In this document: positions 1 through 6,833 of the stretch, in pieces
How the letters are laid out: each line of letters starts with the position of its first letter
Numbering within the stretch: the first letter of the stretch is position 1
From: Acaryochloris thomasi RCC1774
GTDB taxonomy: Bacteria > Cyanobacteriota > Cyanobacteriia > Thermosynechococcales > Thermosynechococcaceae
Length of the DNA: 32,000 nucleotides
Direction: 5' to 3'
Assembly: GCF_003231495.1 (NCBI RefSeq)
Contig: NZ_PQWO01000001.1
Coordinates: forward strand, 270,001 to 302,000
Position numbers and translations under genes: made by a program
Notes under the pieces: generated by a model
Database searches by the model: none
Told to the model about the DNA's origin: nothing
What the model saw: the letters and a program-made list of their open reading frames with translations, nothing else

Positions 1-2560
1 ACGTTCGCCGCAGCATCCGCACAATATCGCCCTCATCTAAACTCGTGTGGGTACACAGCTCCAGCCAGTCCATTCCCAACGCCCACTGCTCCACAATGCC
101 AATCAGCTCCGTCTCCAACCCAATAGGACTCATAACATCCTGACGATACTGCTCCTTAAGCAACTGCCGCTGAATCGGACGCAGCTCAGCCAACGCCTCC
201 TGCACTTCTGCTGAAGGAGAAAAGTGAGTCCAGGTATCGGTGCGATTGTTGTCGTAAACCAGTGCCGTACAGGCCGCCGCCAACTGATGCGGAGCCAAAC
301 TGTCAAAAACGCCGGAGCTAAAAACCAGCCCTAGCCACAGCTCATTCTCGCCCCGTAGCCCAGAGGCCATCTCTCCCAAAGGCGTCGGTGTCACATCCTG
401 CAGACCGTTGAAGTGGCGCAGCACCTTGACCAGGCCCATAAACTCATCCCAGTGGTGGTGCGATCGTCGATGGAATTTAGTTTGACGATCTTCTAACTGT
501 GCTTCCAAGCTCTTCACCCGTCGCTGCCACCGCAAAATTGAATGGTGACTCTTACGCGAAGCATGGGCCGGATGCCCCTCTATCTTCTGCTGTACTGCCT
601 CCAATCGCTTGCTCTGGTCATGGACTTCAGGAGCCACCTGCCATTCTCCCGCCGGGATTTGCTTGGCAATAGCAACACTCGATTCATCCCCATTGGCAGA
701 CTGTCCTACTTTCGGCTGCAACGTTGCGGGAGGTGTCAATGCTTCCAGCTCAGCCTCTAGCGAAAGATGGCCTTCTAAGCTAGCAACCTCTTTATGGGAA
801 ATCACCTGCCAGCGGTTCTTCTGAGTTAAAGAAATAAAGTACGGAAGCTGACCGGAACTAGGCAACTGGCGGACCAAGATGGCTGAAACGGGGCTGTCTT
901 GTTCTGATGTTTGGACACCCACCACAGTTCCGATAGGCGCATGAGCCATAATCAGGGCTAGCTCTTGAGCGCGGTTTTCTTGGGCCTGCTGCTGCAAAAT
1001 TTTCAATAAGCGCCGCTCTTCTTTAACGCGCTGCCGCAGCTTTTGATAGCTGTTGAGTTCTGCTAGGTCGATATCGGCTAGCTTGGCTTGAAGGCTGGTC
1101 AGTTCTTGCTCTACAGATGCGATCGCATCTTTCTGCGGATTGAGCTGTAGCATCCCCAAATACTGCCCGAAGCTTTTCTCAATCAGAGCCTTAGCTTCAT
1201 CAAGGCTGTGCGTCTGCAGCAGATTCAGCACCATCCCGTAGCTAGGGGTAAACTGGCTTACCAGCGGATCAGCTCCTACAGTCGCCAGGTAGGATGCTTC
1301 CTTCGCCCCTTCAAAACGAGTTTGCACCGTGACGACGTGACCGCTATCATCCATCCCTCGCCGTCCGGCTCGCCCTGACATCTGCAAAAATTCAGAGGCC
1401 GTCAGCAGGCGATGGCCGTCGTCTGTGCGTTTCGATAGTGTAGAAATCACCGTCGTCCGCGCAGGCATGTTGATCCCTGCAGCAAGCGTTTCAGTGGCAA
1501 AGACCACCTTGATTAATCCCTGCTGGAATAGCTCTTCCACTAATCCTTTCCAAGCTGGGAGCAGACCGGCATGGTGGGCGGCAATACCGCGATAGAGGGC
1601 GTCAAACTGTTCCAGTTGCCCGACATCAGGGTTCTGCTGCCGGAAGGCATCCACCTGACGCTTCAGTTCTGAGGCTTCTGCATCATTGACGAGACTCAAA
1701 CCGCTGGCCTCTTGGACCGCTTTATCGCAGCCCCGCCGACTGAAGATGAAATAAATGGCAGGCAGCATGTCCCGCTGGCGCATCTGTTCCACAATGCTGG
1801 GGAGGCTGGGCACATTGGGCCGAGGTGGACGCTTACCGCGATGACGACCGCGACCGCGATTCTTATTACTGGGCTTCGCCATTTGTGACTTAAGCTGCGG
1901 ATGCATCTTCGTCTTTTGCTCATTGAGCAGACGGCAGAGGCCTTTATTTCCAGCGAAATGGAAGTTAAGGGGTACGGGTCGCCAATCGGAATCCACCAGA
2001 TCTGTGGGGCCATGCACCCAGCTAATCCAGTCCGTGAGCTGTCCCGCATTCGCCACCGTCGCCGATAGGGCAATAATCTGAATCTGGGGCGGACAGTAGA
2101 TAATTGACTCTTCCCAAACCGTGCCTCGTTGACGGTCGTTCATGTAGTGGCACTCATCCAGCACCACTGCTGACACATCCTCCAGTACCTCGTCCACATC
2201 CCCCAACAGCGTGCCGTAGAGAATGTTTCGGAAGATCTCAGTGGTCATCACCAATATTGGGGCGTCTCGATTAACGGAGCGATCGCCTGTCAATAACCCC
2301 ACCTTCTGCGGGCCAAATTGCTGACGAAACTCGTGCAGCTTCTGATTTGAGAGCGCCTTGAGGGGCGTGGTATAAAAGACCCGTTTCCCCAGACTTAAGG
2401 CCCGATGGATGGCGTACTCACCGATCACCGTTTTGCCTGCGCCCGTGGGGGCTGAGACAACGACCGAGTGGTTCTCGTTTAGAGATGCGATCGCATCTTT
2501 CTGAAACGCATCCAGCTCAAACGGGAAAAGAGTAGTTAGGTCCAGTGGAGAATGTGCCAC
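1..2560 (-). CDS. Ski2/HelY-like DEAD/DEAH-box superfamily-2 helicase, C-terminal end cut by the window edge
   Basis: Absent from the ORF track because it runs off the window. Manual translation from GTG (2560-2558) is open for 853 codons: VAHSPLDLTTLFPFELDAFQKDAI..., Walker A APTGAGKT, DECH box (VVLDECHY), SAT (LSATV), motif VI QMSGRAGRRG, then a long helical C-terminal region resembling the DSHCT/Ski2 C-terminus. The small listed ORFs 542-824 and 1696-2073 are out of frame or antisense inside it. Confidence 0.85.
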   Translation of the reverse strand, partial: MAHSPLDLTTLFPFELDAFQKDAIASLNENHSVVVSAPTGAGKTVIGEYAIHRALSLGKRVFYTTPLKALSNQKLHEFRQQFGPQKVGLLTGDRSVNRDAPILVMTTEIFRNILYGTLLGDVDEVLEDVSAVVLDECHYMNDRQRGTVWEESIIYCPPQIQIIALSATVANAGQLTDWISWVHGPTDLVDSDWRPVPLNFHFAGNKGLCRLLNEQKTKMHPQLKSQMAKPSNKNRGRGRHRGKRPPRPNVPSLPSIVEQMRQRDMLPAIYFIFSRRGCDKAVQEASGLSLVNDAEASELKRQVDAFRQQNPDVGQLEQFDALYRGIAAHHAGLLPAWKGLVEELFQQGLIKVVFATETLAAGINMPARTTVISTLSKRTDDGHRLLTASEFLQMSGRAGRRGMDDSGHVVTVQTRFEGAKEASYLATVGADPLVSQFTPSYGMVLNLLQTHSLDEAKALIEKSFGQYLGMLQLNPQKDAIASVEQELTSLQAKLADIDLAELNSYQKLRQRVKEERRLLKILQQQAQENRAQELALIMAHAPIGTVVGVQTSEQDSPVSAILVRQLPSSGQLPYFISLTQKNRWQVISHKEVASLEGHLSLEAELEALTPPATLQPKVGQSANGDESSVAIAKQIPAGEWQVAPEVHDQSKRLEAVQQKIEGHPAHASRKSHHSILRWQRRVKSLEAQLEDRQTKFHRRSHHHWDEFMGLVKVLRHFNGLQDVTPTPLGEMASGLRGENELWLGLVFSSGVFDSLAPHQLAAACTALVYDNNRTDTWTHFSPSAEVQEALAELRPIQRQLLKEQYRQDVMSPIGLETELIGIVEQWALGMDWLELCTHTSLDEGDIVRMLRRT

Positions 2561-2630
2561 GCAAATCAAGGATCCAGTTGTTACCCGGTCATCCTAGCAA
2601 GATCTGCTGGAGTAGGAAGAGAAATCAACC

Positions 2631-3719
2631 CTATACCTTAATCAGCACCTCACCCTGCAGCATTCGGTTAGCCGCATCCAGCAGCATTTCTTCTAGGTAG
2701 GGTTTCGTGAAGTAGCCCTTAGCCCCCAAATTCATCGCCATCTGCTTGTGCTTGGTGGCTCCCCGAGAGGTCAACATTGCTACCGGCAAATCGTGGAGAT
2801 CATCATCTTGCTGTAGCTTAGACAACAGCTCTAAACCATCCATTCTCGGCATTTCTACGTCACAGAAAACCAAATCACAGGGTAGACCTGAGCGCAGTTT
2901 CTCCCAAGCTTCCATGCCATCTCGAGCCTGCTCAACTCGATAGCCCACTTTATTGAAGGTCATCGACAGCAGCTCACGCACCGTAATGGAGTCATCCACA
3001 ATCAGCACCATCGGCGCTAGCTCTTCTTCCGCCGGTAGCATGTCGCCCGCATTGGCCCACAGATTGCTCGTGCTTTCAATACGGTCAAAGCTGAGGTCAA
3101 GAAGTTCGAGCACATCAGCAATCGGCATAATGCGGCCATCGCCCTTCACTGTGACTCCAGCAATGCCGAGGGGCTTTGGAGCCGGGCCCCCGAGCTGTTT
3201 AATCACAATTTCCTGCTCGCCCATCACCTGATCAACCTGAATGGCAACTCGCTCATCCCCACTGCGTAGAATCACAATGGAAACTTGGTCAGGATTCTCC
3301 TGCGGCAGACTATAGGCACTGCTGCGCTTCAGGCGACGATTATAGGTAAGCAGCTCACTCAGGGGCTTACATAGGATCTGCCGATCCTGCCAGGTGACAA
3401 AGACCTGGCCGTTCTCGTTGGGCTGGAGCTGAGCTTTAGGCACGTCGATCACGTCCTGAACACCATCCATCGGGAAGGCGATTTGCGATTTTTGGTTCTC
3501 ACAACACAGCGCCTTGGTGATGCTTAGGGTCAACGGCAGACGAATCGTAAAGGTGGTGCCCTTACCCAGGCCAGAGTCTGTATTAATGACGCCGCGAATA
3601 TCATTGATGCTGCTGCGGACCACGTCCATGCCGACGCCCCGCCCCGCCAAGTCTGTAACCTTATCTTGGGTCGTAAATCCTGACATGAACAGCAAGCCGT
3701 AGGCATCTTGCCGCGACAT
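2631..3719 (-). CDS. CheA C-terminal fragment (G2 region of the HATPase, CheW-like domain, C-terminal receiver domain). CheA homology continues upstream to 3836.
   Basis: Contains GRGVGMDVV, GKGTTFTIRLPLTL and receiver motifs LIVDDS, DVEMPRMDG, KPY. The upstream in-frame codons 3720-3836 encode QGNQTIISITDDGAGIDPERVKAKAIDNKLITPEQAKT (G1 box) without a start codon. Confidence 0.8.
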   Translation of the reverse strand: MSRQDAYGLLFMSGFTTQDKVTDLAGRGVGMDVVRSSINDIRGVINTDSGLGKGTTFTIRLPLTLSITKALCCENQKSQIAFPMDGVQDVIDVPKAQLQPNENGQVFVTWQDRQILCKPLSELLTYNRRLKRSSAYSLPQENPDQVSIVILRSGDERVAIQVDQVMGEQEIVIKQLGGPAPKPLGIAGVTVKGDGRIMPIADVLELLDLSFDRIESTSNLWANAGDMLPAEEELAPMVLIVDDSITVRELLSMTFNKVGYRVEQARDGMEAWEKLRSGLPCDLVFCDVEMPRMDGLELLSKLQQDDDLHDLPVAMLTSRGATKHKQMAMNLGAKGYFTKPYLEEMLLDAANRMLQGEVLIKV

Positions 3720-3836
3720 TGTTTTGGCCTGCTCTGGCGTAATCAGCTTATTGTCGATTGCCTTTGCTTTAACGCGCTCAGGATCAATCCCAGCGCCATC
3801 ATCTGTAATCGAAATGATGGTCTGATTCCCTTGATA

Positions 3837-3863
3837 TAGCGGTTCCTAGGCTGCTGAGGTGCA
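3837..3863. repeat. IS630-family terminal inverted repeat (end nearest the transposase stop codon)
   Basis: TAGCGGTTCCTAGGCTGCTGAGGTGCA, against the reverse complement of the other end, TAGCGGTTCTCGACCTGATGAGGTACA. There are 9 perfect terminal bases and about 20 of 27 matches overall. Confidence 0.8.
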
Positions 3864-4418
3864 GTAACAGCAATGAGTAAACCATCCTTGAAGGTCATCT
3901 AGCGACACTTTAGAGAACGCATCTTCAATGGCTTTTGCGAGGTCAGTGTAAGTTCTGGCACCGACGGAGCGTAGGAGACTTTTGATCTTCGACCAGCAGT
4001 TTTCAATGGGTGAGAAGTCAGGTGAGTATGGCGGCAGATAAATCAGCTTAGCCCCCGCTTTCTTAATCCAGGTTGCAATGTCCTCTCCAAGATGAATAGA
4101 GCAGTTATCCATAATGACACAGGCTCCTTTCCATAGCTTGGGTATGAGTTTTTGAGAGATAAACGCCTCAAAGGTGAGTCCGTCTGTTGCCCCCAGTAGG
4201 GCAACCTGAGTGACGACGCCCTGCAAGCTAATGGCACCAATCAAAGAGACATTCTTACCGCGCCGACTGGGGCGGTCTCCCCGTGCTCTTTCTCCCTTTG
4301 TTGACCTAGCGTATAACCGAGTCATCGCCAGGTTTATGCCCGACTCGTCAATGAAAATAAGATCCTGGGCGAGAATGCCTTGGATGAGTTCCCAGTATTC
4401 TGAACGCTTACGCTGCAC
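3846..4418 (-). CDS. IS630-family transposase, DDE catalytic part (orfB). The frame is open upstream to 4463.
   Basis: Catalytic motifs are IFIDESG, VIMDNCSIH and SPDFSPIENCW, with 34 residues between the second D and the E (DD34E). The upstream in-frame extension reads HEKKSLHPTEKESERVQRKRSEYWE. Confidence 0.85.
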   Translation of the reverse strand: MQRKRSEYWELIQGILAQDLIFIDESGINLAMTRLYARSTKGERARGDRPSRRGKNVSLIGAISLQGVVTQVALLGATDGLTFEAFISQKLIPKLWKGACVIMDNCSIHLGEDIATWIKKAGAKLIYLPPYSPDFSPIENCWSKIKSLLRSVGARTYTDLAKAIEDAFSKVSLDDLQGWFTHCCYCTSAA

Positions 4419-4422
4419 CCGT

Positions 4423-4800
4423 TCACTTTCCTTTTCGGTCGGGTGTAGGCTTTTTTTTTCGTGTCAAGTTCAGCTTCCTCAACATCCGAGCCATTGTTGA
4501 GCGTCCAATCGTAACGCCAGTGGCTTGTTTCAATTTTTCCTGCAACTCGGCTAAGGTCGCATCATTATTCGCATTCACGAGTGTTGCAAGCGTCTGTAGC
4601 TGTGCATCATTGAGCTTGGTCGGGGTTTGCTGAGTCCGAACTTTAGGGGCAATACTGCCTGTCTCTCGCTCTTGTTTGAGTAATTTCTCAATGAAACTCA
4701 GAGCCACTCGAAATCGTTTTGCTAATTGACGCTGAGATATTCCACCAGCTTGATAGGTATCAAAAATCTTTTGGCGTAAGTCAAGAGAGTAGGGTCTCAT
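4423..4800 (-). CDS. IS630-family transposase, N-terminal HTH part (orfA)
   Basis: MRPYSLDLRQKIFDTYQAGGISQRQLAKRF... is a typical IS630 N-terminus. The ATG at 4800 is preferred over the TTG at 4815 given in the track. The ORF ends just after an A9 run (T9 on the plus strand, 4451-4459). Confidence 0.85.
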   Translation of the reverse strand: MRPYSLDLRQKIFDTYQAGGISQRQLAKRFRVALSFIEKLLKQERETGSIAPKVRTQQTPTKLNDAQLQTLATLVNANNDATLAELQEKLKQATGVTIGRSTMARMLRKLNLTRKKKPTPDRKGK

Positions 4801-4811
4801 TCCTATCAAAC

Positions 4812-6776
4812 TCAATAGGGGGTTAGATTCTCTATTTGTACCTCATCAGGTCGAGAACCGCTATAGAAAGCCCGAATCTTGATCAGACCTTCTGTCTCTT
4901 TATCCACGGACTGACGAACATCAGGATATTCAATCCCGTGGAAAATTGCGTTGTTGACCAAGTGCGTCAGCGGATCGTAGAGACGCTCTAGAATGCTCTT
5001 ATCGACTAAGGTATTCTGTCCTTCCAGCTCCAGGCGTGCCTGTTTGCCACACTTGAGCGAAATATCGCGGACCGCCCGAGGCAGTCGCTCAGCCACCTGC
5101 CCAAAGGGCACCATGCGGGATTTTGTTAAGCCTTCCTGAACCTGCGTCGTCACCTGCCGGAAGATGCGGGTCACCTGCTCTGTGGAATCCACCACAAATT
5201 CAATATCGGAGGCTGCCTCTCGCACACGAACAATACGCTCAATCATTTCTTGAGAGAGGGTATGGAAGCCCGTAAAGCTATCCATCTCTAGGGCATCAAA
5301 GTCGGCACCGGTTGCGTGGGTGCTGCTACCGTTATCGCTGTTGCCACCGCCGCCGCTTGTAGCTTGGGCAGCACTGAGCAAGGAACCTTCTAAAAGCGAA
5401 CGCTCATAGAGGTCCTCCATTTTTTGCCCCAGGTCGTTGAGCTGCTGCACCTGAAATAAAAGGTTATCTAAGAACTGCCGGAGTCGATCTTGACCATCTT
5501 CTAGGGTATTCCGACTGACCAGTAGTTCACCCACCAAATCGCTGAGCTTATCGAGCTGCTTAACCGGAACCTTCATGGTTTGATTGAGGTTTCCACCCAC
5601 GCGGCGGCTGGCCCGTGGTGCTGCAGCAGCGACCCGTGGAGCAGCGACAGGAGCCGCTTTAGGCTCGTCTAAGAGCTGTTCGAGATCGTCAAAGTTGGTG
5701 GTCGCAGGGACCGGTTCTTCAGGGGAAGCCTCCGCAGGGCTGGGCTGGGGAGCGTCTGCCGTCAGCAGTTCATCTAGGTTCAGGGAATCGCTCTCGTTGA
5801 CGCTGATGGCTTCAGGCTGCGGCTCTTGCAGCAGATCATCCAGCAAGAAGTTGAGATCTTTATTAGTGCTGGTATCAGCAGGTTCATCGCCGAACAAATC
5901 ACCCAGCCAGTCGTCAGCCCCATTGGCGTTACTGGTCTCTACAGGTAACAAGGCGAGCAGGGCTGCAGAAGGAGCAATCTCGGTCGCTCGGTTATTGAGA
6001 ACGAGGTCCCGTGCTGCTTTAAGTTCAGGCACGACGACCTGAGCGAGGGTCTCCCAGGATTGACCGGGGTTTGCGATCGCAACTCTATTCTTCTCCACCA
6101 GATCCGTCCATCCAGGAATCTGAAAAGCCTGTCCCAGATCTTCAAGCCCTTGGCACACATTCTGCAGCTCTTGCCGGTGTGATACCTCATCCGGCCGCTT
6201 GAACACATCCAGCATCACGCGCAGTTGCTCCAACACATCCGTCTGGAATGCCTCTAGACACACTGGATCGGGTTCGGCCCCCACCGTCACAGCCACGGGC
6301 GCAGGTGCAGCCGCCACCGGTGCACTATGGAGTAAATCACTCAAATCAACCCCGGGCCCCACCAGTTGCGCGAGATGGTGATGTAAGTCATTAAAGGCAG
6401 GCTCAACACTATTGAGCGTCTGCTCAGAAATATCTGGAGAGAGCGCAAAAGAACTCTCCAGCTCTACCGTTAAGGCACTCAGCGCATCAAATCCTTGAAA
6501 AAATAAGGACTCTAGCTTTTGGTCAATCTGAATAGGATGCTCTTTAAGGACTTTAAAATAATCCTCTAGGCGATGGGCAATGTGCTGCATACTGTGGATG
6601 CCGAGCATAGCCGCCCCACCCTTCACAGAGTGTGCCGCTCGAAAGACATCATTAAGCATCTCTGGCTCTGCAAGCACATCTTGCAGATTCAGCAAACCAT
6701 GCTCAATCGTATTGAGGTGTTCCTTGGCCTCCTCAATAAAGTAGACCATAATCCGCTGTTGTTCTGGCTGCATCAC
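4812..6776 (-). CDS. CheA N-terminal fragment (HPt domain, P/A/E-rich linker, dimerisation region, N-box of the ATPase). The last 16 codons are read-through into IS sequence.
   Basis: Has the HPt signature RAAHSVKGGAAMLG and the N-box HLVNNAIFHGIE. After ...IRAFY the sequence SGSRPDEVQIENLTPY* is encoded by the IS terminal repeat. Confidence 0.85.
   Translation of the reverse strand: MMQPEQQRIMVYFIEEAKEHLNTIEHGLLNLQDVLAEPEMLNDVFRAAHSVKGGAAMLGIHSMQHIAHRLEDYFKVLKEHPIQIDQKLESLFFQGFDALSALTVELESSFALSPDISEQTLNSVEPAFNDLHHHLAQLVGPGVDLSDLLHSAPVAAAPAPVAVTVGAEPDPVCLEAFQTDVLEQLRVMLDVFKRPDEVSHRQELQNVCQGLEDLGQAFQIPGWTDLVEKNRVAIANPGQSWETLAQVVVPELKAARDLVLNNRATEIAPSAALLALLPVETSNANGADDWLGDLFGDEPADTSTNKDLNFLLDDLLQEPQPEAISVNESDSLNLDELLTADAPQPSPAEASPEEPVPATTNFDDLEQLLDEPKAAPVAAPRVAAAAPRASRRVGGNLNQTMKVPVKQLDKLSDLVGELLVSRNTLEDGQDRLRQFLDNLLFQVQQLNDLGQKMEDLYERSLLEGSLLSAAQATSGGGGNSDNGSSTHATGADFDALEMDSFTGFHTLSQEMIERIVRVREAASDIEFVVDSTEQVTRIFRQVTTQVQEGLTKSRMVPFGQVAERLPRAVRDISLKCGKQARLELEGQNTLVDKSILERLYDPLTHLVNNAIFHGIEYPDVRQSVDKETEGLIKIRAFYSGSRPDEVQIENLTPY
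4837..4863. repeat. IS630-family terminal inverted repeat (end upstream of the transposase)
   Basis: Partner of 3837-3863. The plus strand ends ...CCTCATCAGGTCGAGAACCGCTA and is followed by TA. Confidence 0.8.
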
Positions 6777-6833
6777 TTTTTCTCTATCTCCCTGAGGATG
6801 ATTTTAATTCCCGCAACGTTAATTAAATGTGGC

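Larger units (their letters stand above)
3837..4863 (-). mobile_element. IS630/Tc1-mariner family insertion sequence, 1027 bp, with TA target-site duplication
   Basis: TA occurs at 3835-3836 and at 4864-4865. Both termini read TAGCGGTTC inward, with imperfect inverted repeats of about 27 bp. The interior encodes an HTH N-terminal ORF and a DD34E catalytic ORF. Confidence 0.9.
2631..6776 (-). pseudogene. Hybrid CheA-type histidine kinase (PilL/HmpE-like: HPt, linker, dimerisation, HATPase, CheW-like, receiver) interrupted by an IS630-family element
   Basis: The N-terminal and C-terminal halves lie in the same orientation on either side of the IS. Removing 3837-4863 plus one TA joins ...IKIRAFY to QGNQTIISITDDGAGID... 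in frame, giving 3117 nt (1038 aa plus stop). Confidence 0.85.

Noticed and set aside
542-2073. Listed ORFs 542-760 (+), 609-824 (+) and 1696-2073 (-)
   Set aside because: They lie antisense or out of frame within the continuous 853-codon helicase reading frame, and their compositions (R/C/W-rich) are implausible.
2746-3702. Plus-strand ORFs 2746-2943, 2953-3231 and 3514-3702
   Set aside because: They are antisense to the well-supported CheA C-terminal fragment. Their S/R/P-rich shadow-frame composition points to spurious ORFs.
4043-4500. ORFs 4043-4240 (-) and 4210-4500 (+) inside the IS
   Set aside because: They overlap the DDE transposase frame, which has clear catalytic motifs. These are alternative-frame artefacts.
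5584-6381. ORFs 5584-6042 (+), 5939-6208 (-) and 6199-6381 (+)
   Set aside because: They lie antisense or out of frame within the P/A/E-rich linker of CheA. GC-rich low-complexity DNA keeps shadow frames open.
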